Origin: Eledone cirrhosa
Taxonomy: Eukaryota
NCBI GenBank assembly: GCA_964016885.1
Contig: OZ024742.1
Location: forward strand, 338,272,001 to 338,336,000
DNA: 64,000 nt
Reading direction: 5' to 3'
Shown here: positions 11,178 to 24,580 of the stretch, one piece after another
Layout of the letters: every line of letters begins with the position of its first letter
Numbering within the stretch: position 1 is the first letter of the stretch
Position numbers and translations under genes: made by a program
Notes under the pieces: model-generated
What the model was told of the DNA's origin: nothing
The model's input: the letters and a program-made list of their open reading frames with translations, nothing else
The model's database searches: none

Positions 11178-12589
11178 AATATTTAACTCCGTACTAGCAC
11201 CACCAACTACAAAAACGAAGACGGTTGAACTGCTTTACGTTGAGTACTCTTCATATTATTACATTAAGATTGACCATACGGAATTGACCAGCTCTATCCA
11301 GTGGTGAACCTCATACTTGAATATATATATATATAGGGATGTGAGAAAAACCACGGACCCTCCATCTCAGCTCTACTTTTGAAAAGCAGAAGAACTGCGA
11401 AACCGGTAAAGGAACCAAATAAATATATATATATTTTTTAAAATAAGACTCCGGTTGCATTTTCGATTTCATCCTTTTTTCTTTATACTTTCACTCGTGT
11501 ATGACACCTCGGTTATTTTTCATTTTGTATAAAAACCTCACTTTCTAATATATATATATATAACCCATGTAAGCACGGGGAATAGATTTTAAACAGAAAT
11601 GAAGTGAGTGGTTTTACTGGAGTTTACGATACTTTCATTATAGTCTCTCACACTAAATAGTGGTATATATTTTCACTTTGTGTGTATATATGTGTATGCT
11701 ACATATAGATATGTGTGTATGTTGCTGTTTTATAGAGTTTGGATGTACTTACTGTCATCCAACGTCGATTTGTTAGTTTTTTTTCCCCCCTCATGTCCAT
11801 ACGTGGCGAAAAATATAGTCTGTTCCAAATTATCGTAGATATATGATATTATATTTAGTATCGTCCTAATTATCTTAGATATACGATATGATATAAATAT
11901 CAGACATTTGATATCAGCTAAATTTGTATAAACTACAGGCGAGTTAGGGTTAATGGGCAAAGAAAACTCCGAGAGAGGGACAGATCCGAGTGATAAATGC
12001 CCCCCCCCCCCGGAAAAACGGGGGGGGGGGCAATATCCCCTCGGATCTGTCCTTAGCAGCTTATTTGCAGGTAGGACATGCCTCCCCCGCCTAAAAAAAA
12101 AACCATGGGGATTGGAATGGTAAAGAAAAACTACGTAAAGGTAATAAGTTCGAAGACTCCTCTCCGCCCTCCAGGGAAAAAAGTCTTCATGACCACATTA
12201 GGGGGGTAAGTTCAATTGATAGAGCACGAAGAAAAAAAAAATCTACTGAAATCGGTGGGGTTATCTTTATATAGATCTACCCTATATCATTCTAAAATAA
12301 CAGGAATTATCGGCAAACTATTTTTTTAGCCTGTCACATTCTAATTTAATTTGGTGAGCTAGTCCTCTGACTACGAGGTTCTTGTCACTGTTAGTGGCTC
12401 ACCTTATTTAATGTATTAAGTGATGTTCACGAGGGTGCCCGGTTATTCTAGCGGCAATACTCCTGTTTTGTTGACTTGCCTGAAAAGTTATTAGAGGGAA
12501 AATTCCAGTCCCTTTTGTGCTGTGTGATTGAGTGCCCTAACCACCCGCCCCTTTATATATTTATACATGAGAATTTGACACAGTTCTGT

Positions 12590-13720
12590 TTATGCAAACA
12601 AAGGAAGCTGATTCCAGAGAACTGGAACTGGTGCATAGCCCCACAACCCTGACACCGATCACCGCAGCTCCTTGCACTAGTTTTTGGTACTGCAATGAAT
12701 TCATTGTCACAGATCTTCTGTGCCCTCCATCACTTACAGTCCCGTGTCAGCCTTTCTGCATTCTCCAAGGTGAAGTCGAGCTTCTGGAGATCTTCCTTAA
12801 TCACATCTAACCATTTTGTGCAGGCCTCTTCCAACCCTCAGCTGCTGCATCAAACGAGAGTAAGGCACTTCTAGTATGATCTGGCAGAAGGCAGACGACA
12901 TGTGTACCAACGCATGCAGCAGATGTCTCTGAGAGAGGGGGGTTGCAGGCTAATGTCTGTGCGCATGCAACTGTTGATCCTTTTTGTGAGGGGCCACGTT
13001 TCTGTTCCATAGTGAACAGACCGAAGCATTGTAGATATGGAGCTTCGTCTTCCAGAACATAGAGCAGTGGTATGAGGCTTCTGTAGGGAATGCATAAACC
13101 CGATGGTTAGATCACATCTGCAGTTGATATCAATGGAGTCGGGTCTTCAATGTTGGTGATTGTGGAGTCCAGGTAAATGGAGGAGCTGATGAACTCCTCA
13201 ATGCTGGGGCCAGTATGAAGCAGGGGAAGATGCGGGTCTTCGCCCACTTAACCTGAAGGCCAAACTTTGCCAATTCCTTCCAGAGATGGTTGATCGAGTT
13301 GGTGAATAAGGTTGTTCCAGAAAGCAATGGCAGAAACTCGTTCACAGACCTTGGTCATCAGATAGTCGATGTCACCGTTGAAGAGATCAGGGGCAAACAT
13401 GCCCTTTCTGAAACTGCTGTTGATGGGGACCCAGATGGAGTCCTTCTCGTTCATCCACATGCAACTCTTGGCACTGCTATAGAATCGTTGGAGCAGGGTG
13501 GTGTGCCGATGAGGGTGAGAATTTTCAAGAGGGATGCGTGGTCGACTATGTCGAAAACTGCGTTGTGTTCCGCGAAAGAAACATATAGGTCCCGATGTTT
13601 GCGGAATTCCAATAGCGAATTTAGCAGACCAAAGTTGCAAGATGGTGACCCTGATGCCGCTGGGTGCGAAGGGGGAGTAGCGAAAAATTTCAACTGAACA
13701 GTGAATACGTAGAAAGTGAG
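12590..13720 (-). mobile_element. Decayed RTE-like LINE RT fragment in the putative intron; homologs at ~33510-34005, 43270-44230, 54125-55088
   Basis: AVFDIVDH, FAPDLFN, FGLQV.W.KT, KTKLHIYNASV and YGTETW motifs across several frames. Confidence 0.7.
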
Positions 13721-13849
13721 TATTAAGTAAGTTGTATGAAGAATGCACGTCAAATAGTAGGTCAAACCTGTAAGCCAAGCCCGTCTGAGTTATAGCACAA
13801 AAGAGCATAAACAGGGGCGATATTTTGGAGCAAACTGGAAAAAAAAATC

Positions 13850-14669
13850 ATTGCAATCGGACGTTCCTGAAAAAAGTTTTCTAATTTTTTAGTCTCGTGT
13901 TCCGAACAACAAAGAAAAAAAATTACAACAAAATATGTCTTTGTTGAGATTCAAGTAAATGAATGCTTAAGCGTCGTTATGATTACGTTTGTTGTTTTAT
14001 AAATTCATCTGTTGCTTTTGAATATTTGTTATTTGATGTAGAATGTAACATTGAGAGAGGAATATGTATTTAGTGTGATGTGTTGCTTAGTTATCAAAGT
14101 TTACTTCGCGTTCCTGAACGAAGAGGGGGAATGATCTATTATAGAGAGAGGGAAGAGCGACGGAGAGAGTGAAGCTAAGAAACCATAAGGAGGTGTGTTA
14201 AACCTCGAAGCATGAAGAGAGTAAAGCAGTTGAATTATAGAGAGGAGGAATAATCTATTGTAGAGAGAGTGAAGCTGTTTGTTGTATAAATCGATGTGTT
14301 GCTTAGTTTTCAAAGTTTGTTTTGCATTCCTTGAAAAGAAGTTTTGTCGCTGTTCTAAAATGTAATGGTGATAGGGGAGTAGAGGGAGGGATGAACCTTT
14401 TAAAGAGAGTTGCAACATGTATGTAGTTTCATAGATTGTTGAGGGTAGTAGTGAGAGTGACTAACGTGTAAGAGAGAGGGTTACAGCATGTATTTAGTTT
14501 TATCGATTTTTTTCATAGAAGCAGGACATATTTGCCAAACTTTATTATGCGTTGACCAGCGTTGGTTAATTTGGAGCACATTGGAAAAAAAATCGGTAGA
14601 GTAATGTGGAAATGCATAAAAATCATACACAACACAGACAGACATCTTCCGTTTTATATATAGAGAGAT
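13850..14669 (-). mobile_element. Possible non-autonomous Helitron fragment
   Basis: Minus-strand start TCTCTCTATATATAAAACGGAAGATGTCTGTCTGT resembles the 5' end at 44231; 3' boundary unclear. Confidence 0.35.
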
Positions 14670-14934
14670 AATATACACACACATCATCATTACCGTTTTA
14701 CGTCCATTCTTCCATGCTAGTATGGGTTAGACGGGTTGTCCTATTATGGGCAGTGCCCGGTTGAAAAAAAAAGCACCCAGCACTCACTGTAAATCAGGTT
14801 GGTGTTAGGAAGCGCATCCAGCTGTAGAAATCAAACCAGAATCAATTCCCAAGCAGAGAAAAGCGGACGTAAAATGGTGATGATGATGAAACGAATGCTG
14901 TAACAGCAAAACAGTGAATGGATGAGTAAAAATA

Positions 14935-15115
14935 GTGAACGAGACATTGGACGATGAACAGATGGGGGAAAAGGTGAATGAGAGACTGGCCGATGAACAG
15001 ATGAGGAAAAAGGTGAATATGAGACTGGGCAGTGAATAGATGAGGGGAAAAGTGAACGAGATATTGGTCAATGAACAGAGGAGGAAACAGTGAACGAGAC
15101 ATTGGACAATGAATG
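14935..15115 (+). repeat. Purine-rich minisatellite, ~39-bp unit, about 5 copies
   Basis: gtgaacgagacattggacgatgaacagatg(a/g)ggaaaa repeated. Confidence 0.8.
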
Positions 15116-15369
15116 GATAAGGACAAGAACAAGACAAGAATCAAATGAAATAATGAATGAGTTGAATAGAACAATGCGGTGCTGAGTGGATGGATAGGGG
15201 GATGGGTGGGAGTTGGGGGTGGGGTGAATGAAGCAGAATGAATAGTGTGTGATGGCTGGAGTGATGAGTGGCTGGGATGAGGAATGGACAAAGCAGCAAT
15301 CGGTTAAGGTGATAAGTACATGTGGACCAGGAAACATGTAACTAAAAGATAAATAAAAAATAAAAATTT

Positions 15370-15566
15370 ATTGATCGACTTTCGTCAAATCGGACCGAGG
15401 AAACAATGTTTCCATTAGTCTTTCCAATTGCTAATACTAACTATCGGTTGCAACTCCGGGTAGAAGGAGCTCCGTGAAATAAAGTGTCTCACCCGGTCCA
15501 GGAATCAAACTGACAACCTCACTATTGCAAATCCAGTTCTCTAACCAATCAGCCACACACCTTCAC
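15370..15566 (-). mobile_element. tRNA-derived SINE fragment
   Basis: Minus strand gtggctgattggttag (A-box-like) and gtttgattcc (B-box-like). Confidence 0.55.
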
Positions 15567-15747
15567 GTGTAACTAAACGACAACAAATTCATATAAAAAC
15601 AGTAAAAACAACAATGCTAATTAATAATGAACAAAGGGATATTTTTCTTTTTCTGTGTGGTCTACCTCTGGTGGTAGGGTCCGTACTGTAGATAGAACTC
15701 AATGTAATCCAGTAAAATCCATAGAGAAGTTCTGTGTTTCACTGAGT

Positions 15748-16102
15748 TAATTCTTTAGATACAGTCAGATATTAGGTATTAAATTAACAATGAAAATAAA
15801 AACAACAAAGTTATAAAGTAACTTGACTTGGTTCCTTTTATATTCATTGTTAATTTAATCTGTATGTATATAAAATTAAGTATGTGTGTGTCTGTGTATT
15901 ACCTATAGGGGCCTATATCTTACGACTGATTTTCATGAAACTTTACAGGCTCATAGATTAGTCATCAGGGAGTGTTTTCGATATATCAGCGTAATTCTTT
16001 AGATACAGTCAGAAATTAGGTATTAAATTAACAATGAAAATAAAAACAACAAAGTTATAAAGTAACTTGACTTGGTTCCTTTTATATTCATTGTTCATTT
16101 AA
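15748..16102 (+). repeat. ~110-bp direct repeat pair flanking a ~135-bp spacer
   Basis: taattctttagatacagtcaga...tattcattgtt at ~15748-15858 and ~15992-16102. Confidence 0.75.
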
Positions 16103-16125
16103 TACCATATATATATATATATATG

Positions 16126-17560
16126 CGCAGTGAGAAAGCAGCAATCGGTTAAGGTGAGAACCCTTTAGCGGCCAATAGTGGAATAAGCTCTCTGAACTTT
16201 TTCTATCCCTGTATTTTCAGAGCACCCTCCACCACTGCTGATTTTGTCACCTAGGTAACGGAAGGTGTCCACTATTTCTATAGAACCATCTGTGCAATGG
16301 AATGAGCTAGTATTTGTGGGCACTTGCTGCTACTTATTGTACCAGAGCACCGGCCACATATAAAATCTATATTCTTAGTTAGCTTACTTGTGATCCCACT
16401 ACATCTTTTATGCACCCATACTTTGCATTTAGGACATAAAATGGAGTTTCTGCCTACTCCTTTCCTACACACTGAGCATGGCCATTTCCCAGATGGGACC
16501 GGTGCCCTATTTTCCTTCCTACAAACTAGAACTTTAGTCTTAGACAGGTTAATTTTAAGGCCTTCTGATTCTAGGCCATGCTTCCATGTTTGGAATTTCT
16601 TCTCTAGTTCAGCCATTGATTCAGCTATGAGCATTAGATCATCTGCGTATAGGAGTTCCCATGGGCAGTCGGTCTTGAACTCCTCTGTTATAGCCTGAAG
16701 AGCAATAATAAATAGTAGGGGGCTAAGAACGGAGCCCCAACTGAACACCAACTTTTACGCTAAACTCTTCACTATATTCGTTGTTAATTCTAACCTTGCT
16801 GACTGTTTCTTTATACATAGCTTGTATAGGTCTCACAAGCCATTCATCAACACCTAGTTTTCTAAGAGCCCACCAGATAATGGAGTGGGGGACTCTGTCA
16901 AAAGCTTTCTCCAAGTCAACAAAAGCTAAGTATAGGGGTTTACTTTTAGCTTGGTACTTCTCCTGTAGTTGTCGTACAATGAAAAGAGCGTCTGTGGTAC
17001 TTTTACCTGACACAAACCCGAACTGCATTTTATATAGACCAATTCGCTCTCTGATTAGTTGCGCTATTACTTTTTCTGTGACCTTCATGACCTGGTCGAT
17101 TAATTTAATGCCTCTATAGTTACCCTATCTACGGCATCTCCTTTACCCTTGTAGCAGTTAATGATGATGCTGCTACGCCAGTCCTTCGGAACGACCCCAT
17201 TCTGTATGACTTGGTTTACTATCTGGGTGACCATAGTGTGTCCCACCGTTCCAGATGCTTTCAGCATTTCAGCAACTATTTCCGAAGGCCCAGCCGCCTT
17301 ACCCGTCTTCATATCTTTGATTGCCTTACTTATTATACTACCTTCAACTTGCACTGCTGGTCCCTCTATTGGATCGATGTGGGGGAGACTGTCTTTCTCC
17401 CATTTAGTCTCCTCATTTAGTAGCCTTTCGTAGTGACACTTCCAAGCTACCTTCTTATCAGCGTCAGTGATGGCAAGTACACCGTCATCATTAAGGACAC
17501 ACTTCTCCCCGACAATATCACGGTTTTCCTTGACACATTGCCTAGCAATCCTGAACACCT
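16126..17560 (-). mobile_element. RTE-clade LINE RT fragment (better preserved relative of the 4295-5480 family)
   Basis: ORFs 17100..17558, 16723..17088 and 16278..16751 with KAAGP, QFGF, FVDLEKAFDRV, LSPLLF, LLYADD. Confidence 0.9.
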
Positions 17561-17867
17561 CACATTTTTGTATATATATATATATGCAGTGTGATAAGAA
17601 GCTTGCTTCCCAACCACATGTTCGCAGTTCACAACTGGTACTTAATTTATCAACCCCAAAAGGATGAAAGGCAAAATTGAGATTGGCGGAATTTGAACTC
17701 AGAATGTGAAAACGGAAGAAGTACCGTTAAGCATTTCGCCAGATGTGCTAACGATTCCAGCTCACCGGCTTATTTTCACCAGTTATAATGCAATCTGATA
17801 TATTGGTTCTACCATGGGCCATAGAAAAGTAGTTCGCAGGCCACATGTTTGAGGCCCCTGTTGAAGA

Positions 17868-20800
17868 GATAGATAGATAGATAGATATGTTTCTTTATTA
17901 GCCACAGGGGCACAAAAGAAGGGGACAAATACAAAGGGGGAAGTTTAGATACAATAAAAACGTGTAAAATGTTATCACAAATGCAATTTAAAAAATTAAT
18001 TGATTTTCCCCAATAGGGGGAGACAGTTCATATGGGTAACACATACCCCCGAAAAAATGTGCAACCCTCATCTCCAGGAGTACGAAGAGTTTGTACTCCT
18101 TTCCTCTCCTCCTCCTTTTCCTCAACCTACAGGCTGATATAGAGAGAAGGCCCATTCATTCGGGCCATTCTCGCCACTTTCACCCACCTTTCATAAAACT
18201 TGCTGGGCTACAGCCCTCTCTCTCCATCCTGATTCTTCTTCCAAAGTGGTATTTGAAAAAAAGAATCAGTTGTTGGCCGGAGAGAAAGGTGTCTGACCTC
18301 AGTCCTTTCAACCTTGTCCACCATACAACCTCTTTCGCCATAGCTATCACACAAAGGAAAACCGCCTCTCCTTCGTTTTTGAAGGAGGGTGGCTGTTTGA
18401 TCATGACAATGGACTCAGTGGTCAACCGGATTGGTCCCACCCGCGACAATAGTCGTTCTACATAGCCCCACAGGTCAGTGACGCCCGAGCTGTGTATGGA
18501 TGCGTGCGTGACGGTTTCTTCGTTACGCACGCACCTCAGACAGATCTTTTTTGCAGGGTCCCTGCCCGGGCGCCCATGTCTGTAGAGCTTGTCTCGAACT
18601 GGTAGAGCTCCTCGGTAGCACTGCCAGGCCAGGGACTTTTGGAAGTTGTCCATCGGTCCCGGGGGGAAGGTCCTACCGAACAGACTGGCCAGTTCATCTT
18701 CCTCTATGCCTAGAGTTTCACGGAGCGCGTCGTCGCACTTGCTGCAGATCAACCCTCTATAGAATGACGAAGTGGAGTCTCCACTGATCGCCGGGTCCGC
18801 CTGCCAGAGGGCTATGAGCGCCTGTGCACATTCGATGTGCCAGTCGCCCATTTTCCTCGTCCTTTGCTTGACCCAGGACTGCAGCTCGGTCAGCGAGACG
18901 AGTCGTGGGAAGGCTCGCCTCACGAACAGGGCTCACACCGGTTGTCCGGTGAGGAATACGTAGAGATTCCGCAGCCTGAGCGCGTGTTTGTGCATCGTCA
19001 ACCACGGCATCCCCAGCCCTCCGTTAGAAGGGTGTTGGCAGCAGATGGATCTTCTCACCAAAGGAGCCCGCCTCTTCCAAAGGAATTGGAATAGCGCTCG
19101 CTCCATTTTGGAGAGTGCTTTGGCTGGATAAGGCACGACGGTCAAGCGGTAGATGGCGGACGCTATAAAAGTGTTCGCCACCTCCACTCGACCTTTCAAG
19201 GATAGTTTGCACTCGGCCCCTTCTGGGTGAGTGCAAACACCTTGGCCGTCACTTTGTTCCAGTTCTTCTCCACCTGGAGGTCCGGACCAAACCAGACCCC
19301 GAGCAGCTTTACCGGTCCTTCCGTCCAGCGTCCGACGACGCCATCGGAAGGCATTGGTTTGCCTCTCCACGATCCGAGTTGCAAACCGATGGACTTGTCC
19401 CGGTTCAGCTTCGCTCCTGTGAAACTTTCGTATTCCTTTAGTAAGGTGCTGACTTCCTAAATTTGCGAGGCGCTCGACACTATTACTGTCACGTCGTTGG
19501 CATAGGCCGACGCCGCTTTCCGCAGTCTCGGTTCCAGAGGGATGCCCTGCAATAGCTCCAACTTGCGCAGTAGTTGCTCGAGAGTCAGTACGTAAAGAAG
19601 GGAGGAGAGAGGGCATCTCTGTCGAATGGATCGCGTAATATGGAACGGCTCCGAGAGGTAGCCGTTCATCTTGACCCTTGAGCAGATGTTGCTGTTGTGC
19701 ATTGCAGCAACCAAGCCCCTGAACACGGGTCCGAAGCCTGCCTCATTGGTTCAGCGCGTCCCCTATCTCAGCGGCTGAAATCGGCTTTTCGCAGAACTTT
19801 GCCTCGCTGTCCGAGAGTCGCGGTAGGCCGTCGAGGTATGGACCAAAATCCATAGCCTTTTTACACCCCCCCCCCCCTTTATCGGGACATGCTCCCACAT
19901 AGTCCCAACGTGCATCTAGGATTCCATTCCAGTCTCCCACTAAAAGCAAGGAGCGGGACGTTCCCAGAAAAGTCTCTAGACGTTTGAAGAAGTCTGGCCA
20001 TGGTATCCCGGATGGGGCATATGCAGCCACCAGCCTGAAGGCTCCACCTTCACTACCGTCAACATCTAGGACCACCAGTCGACCCTCCGGGTCCAGATGT
20101 ACCGTCTGTGTTACGAGGCCCAGGTGTTTCCGCAGCAAAACGGCAACTCCACCCCCACCCCCCGGTTGAAGATGGGGGCCAGCTGTCGCTCGCTGTGGAT
20201 CCTGGACTCGCAAATGGCTACCACATCCATACTGTGCGACCTGAGGTCGTTTAAGAGTTTGCCCTGTTTCCAGGGCATCCCCAGGCCGCGTACGTTCACA
20301 CATCCAACTCTTATATTGGCCATGTTGGTGCTGAAAAGTTAAAAGAGGAAAAGAGATCACTCACCCTTCGTCTCCTGGGGACCAGGTTGCACGATTTCCA
20401 TGGGGGTGTTGGAGGGGTTGTCTGTGTGGGTGGTGGTTTCCGGTGGGGTGGGGTCTGGTGGGATGGGGGTGTCTGGGGTTGAGATACATTTGAGAAGGAT
20501 GCGGTTAAGTGGTTTCACGCAGGAATTCCCCACATCCTTTTCAAATGTTTCTTTTAGGGATCTATAAGTTTGTATAGGGACTCTAATCAGTTTTAGGTTC
20601 AGTTTTTTGTTATTTTTAATAGAGTGGGCGTGATGGTCTCCATTAGTGTTTTGTTTTCAGTGTTTATGTAAGTGTAAGTGTAATTTTCTTGTGTTGTGTT
20701 TGTTTTTGTCTGTAGTTCTTGTGTGTGCTTTCGTTTTGTTGTAGGTATTTTGTTTTCAGGAGGTGGGGGTTTTGTTTGTGTTGGTGGTTGTATGTTTGTG

Positions 20801-23800
20801 GTAGTGTTTGCTGGTTTTTTGCTTTTGTGATGTCTTTTCTTTCTTTTCGAGCGATGGGGTTCTCCCTCGTCTTCACTGGGTGATGGCGAGATAGCCTCAT
20901 CTGTTGTATCGTCTGTGTGATTGGGGAGGGGTATGTCTTAGCGAGCTGTTGTGTCTGTATGTGATTTTGCGTGTTGGTGTTGTTGTTGTGGTGGTGGTGT
21001 TAGTGGTTGTGTTGTTTTGATGGGTGTCGGCAGAAGAGCCTTTTTTTTACTCATTAATTTAGGACAGGAAGCCCTCAGGTGATCCCTGCTAAAGCAATGG
21101 TAACATGAAGGCCGCCTACCCTCAACCGAAAAGTTTATGTAGGTGAGTCCGTCCCGGAGTACACGTTGTGGGATCATAGCTATTCGCTCTGGGCTCATTT
21201 GCACCAGAACTTCAACGCTAGTCTCATTGAATACATCTCTGGGGGACTTTCCTACTGACAGTATTCTGTCTTTATCAAAATTGATGAAGCTGCACAGTAT
21301 CCACCATATTTTCACCTTTGGTGTGACACTCGTGATTTTGATCTTTTGTGTCCTTTTTCCCATGTATGTAGGGAAAAAGGTGTACAGGTTGGATACAATT
21401 GGCGACACAGAGTAATTTTGGGCCGTCAATTGATCCTTCATGAGTACCGAAATATTCCCAAAAAGTTTACTTCTTTGAATGAATGCAATATCATTCATTG
21501 AATTTTTGAAAACCAGTTCAATTTCTTTCTGTGACAATTGGACTGGTTTTCGGGTAGAATTGGAAACTGTCCTAAAAACTATCGTTTTGAGAGCAGTTTC
21601 CTTGCGAATTTCTACCGGAGAATTGATGCTGAAAGCACCAACCCTCTCTATGATGTATCGCATGAGGTGGAGGTTGTCATGGATGGACCTGGACGGGATA
21701 GCACATGTCTGCGCATCTCCCACCAGGTTGCCCACGACAAACACCAACCTCTTTGCTAGCACCTTGGCCAAAATCTGTAACTCTGTATTTAGCAGAGTTA
21801 TGGGCCTGAAGTTACTTATTTCGTCCCCCTTGTTCTCGTCCTTCCTCACTAGCGTGACAATGCCCTTGGTCACAGAACAGGGAATTCTCCCGTTCTGTTG
21901 CCAGTTGCAGTAGACCGCCTCGAGGAGATCGGGGAACAAGTCCGGCATAGCTAGATATAGTTCGTATGGAAGACCATCGAGACCCGGGGATTTGCGTTTG
22001 CCGCATTGGCTCAGCACATCCTCTACCTCAGCGGCAGAAATTGGCTCCTCGCAGGACTTCGCCTCCTTGTCCGAAAAACGCGTCAGGCCGTCGAGGTATA
22101 GACCGAAGTCCACTTCCCCAACCCGCTGCCCGCCCCTTCCGAACAATCGGGCAAAGTGCCTTTGAAAGGCCTCACACATCTGCTTAGGTTCAAGGATCGC
22201 CCGTCCATCCTGGTCTCGCAAAGACCGGATGGTGGATTTAGTTCCACTCTTGGCTTCTGTCACGCGGGCCCAGCTAACAGCTTTGGTCCCCTCGTTCCCT
22301 AGAGCACGTATTTTACTTAGGACAACGCAGCCTTCGTGCTTCGTGTCGAAAAACTGGCTCAAAGCCGTTCTCGACGCTAGCACTCTGGCCACGTCGCCGC
22401 TTCTAATTGCCTCTTCTACTCTATCTATCAGCTCCCTTTCCTTCCTATTCCTATCCGCAGCTAGAACCTTACTAAATTCTATCGAGACTAATCTAATCTC
22501 TCTCTTTAGAGATACCCACCACCTGCTGTTGACGATCGCTCCAGTCAACCGCTCCTTAACTAACGTACTAATCGGGTCCCTGTAAGCTTTACTTGCCGGT
22601 AAGGACAAGTTCAGCTTCCAGTAACCGGGGCCCTGTCTATGCATTCTATCAAGGTTGACCATGCAGGTCACCAACTTGTGGTCTGAATAGCCAACCATGA
22701 GCATTTCTGGACAACTTAAAAAGTCCCAGTCCTTATTTCTAACTAAGAACCTATCTAGGTACGATCTAGATTGACCGCTGCGATTTGACCAAGATCAGGT
22801 TGGCACCGTCGGAAAATCTAGTCGAAATCTATCGGCCAGGTCAAATCGGCCTTGAGGCTGTTGCACCCCTCTCTATCGGGACATGCCCCTGCATAGTCCC
22901 AACGTGCATCCAGGATACCATTCCAGTCCCCCACTAAAAGCAGCGAACGGGACGTCCCTAGAAAAGACTCCAGACGCTGGATTGTTGGGTGGGGTGGTGG
23001 TTTGTGGAAGTTTTTTAGGAGGACGTGGTTGATTGGCTTGGAGCAGGGGGGCGGGCCACGTCCTCCGTGAAATTTATTTTCAACGTTTTGTATAAGTCAT
23101 TGGGACATTAATCATTTGTAAATGAGGTAGTCCCACAGCAGTTAGAAAGTTGGGCCCTTCAGTTTGGACCGAAGGGTTTGACGAAATTGTGTTCATTAGT
23201 TCTTTGTTGTCTGTGTTCATGTATGTATATTGTAAAGTCTTTTTTGCGTAGCAGTTAGTGTTGTGTGACAGGGAGGGGTGGTTTGTATATAGTTTGTTTT
23301 CTCTTGGGGAGGGTTAATGTTAATAAGTGTCTGTGGTGCGCCTCCTCTTCTTTCTTTTTACTATTTGGAAGGGATCTTTTTCGTCTTGCGACGAAAGGTG
23401 TTCGTCTTCATTGTTGGGTGGGAGGGGTATATTTTCTGGTAGTGTTTGCGGTGTGTGTTTTTGTATTTGTTTTGGGTGAGGAGGGGTTGGGTGGGACAGT
23501 GTTCTGCGTTGTTTTTTCACGTGTTTGTTGTTGTTGTGGTGGTGTTGTTGTTGTTGTGGTTGTTTTTGTTGTTGTTGGGGTGTTGGTAGCAATGGTTTTT
23601 CGGTGTGAGCTGGGGACAGGCAGCCCTCAGGTGACCTCTATTGCCACAGAGGTAACAGGAGGGCCGCCTACCCTCCACAATAATGTTGAGGTGGGTACGG
23701 TCATCCAACATGACGCGCTCAGGGATTTGTTTGCAATTGTACGGAATACAACAGTTCGTAATTCCGTCTGTATTTTTGGTTCTTTAACTTAAAGAAAATG

Positions 23801-23836
23801 AGAGACCATTTCGTTGGTTATCCCCAGGTCAGACTG
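17868..23836 (-). mobile_element. Composite L1/Tx1-clade LINE: ORF1a-EN-RT(N half) joined to ORF1b-EN-RT(deleted)-zf and 3' tail
   Basis: NVRGL, DPEGR and SDH (APE); PGYWKLN, KSPGLDG, NFRPITLLN, YANDV (RT); AWQCYRGALPV..C..C..EETVTH; two CCHC knuckles; (tatc)n tail at 17868-17887. Confidence 0.85.
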
Positions 23837-24580
23837 TGTGTATATTTATTATATATGACATATTCCTATTTCTGACTTACTATGTGTATATATTTCCAGT
23901 ATCTGACTTACTATTTATTTATTCATCATCATCATCATCATCGTTTAACGTCCATCTTCCACGCTTGCATGGGTTTGGACGGGAGTTTTCCCACTTGAGG
24001 CAAGATTTGTTGTCCTGCTCGTATAGTACTGTCTGGCGGGTTTTCTACGTCTGGGTGCCCTTCCTAACACCAACCACGTTTACAGTGTGGACTGCGAGGT
24101 TTTTACCGTGTTACCTACACGGTTATATTATAGCGTGGTCTGTGTGTTTTTTTTTGTTGTTGGTATCCCCAGGTCAGACTGTATATTTATTATATATGAC
24201 ATATTCCTATTTCTGACTTACTATGTGTATATATTTCCAGTATCTGACTTACTATATATTTATTATGTATATATTTCTAATATCAGTCATACTGTCATAT
24301 ATATTCCTATATCTGACTTATTATGTATATATTACCATGACTTATTATGTATATATTACCATGACTTTTCTCTAATGACTTATAATGTGTCAACAATGAA
24401 AATATCCCTAATATTTTATTCTCTCTTTAAATATTTCAGATTATCTGAAGCTGTTTCTTTACAACTGAAACATCTGCAGACTTTCACAAAGATAACAGTT
24501 GAAGAAAATATAATCTTGAAAATATTTTGTGAAAAATTCAAGAAGAAAAGTAATTTTCTGTTTTGTAAAGAATATTTGAA

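Noticed and set aside
14935-15115. Regularly spaced repeats resembling a CRISPR array
   Set aside because: Degenerate tandem units without unique spacers, eukaryotic context, no cas genes
15487-15566. tRNA-like sequence
   Set aside because: Degenerate A/B boxes continuing into a SINE body; no convincing cloverleaf
23265-23792. 175-aa hydrophobic Val-rich ORF resembling a membrane protein
   Set aside because: Antisense reading of the CAA-rich low-complexity end of Tx1 ORF1
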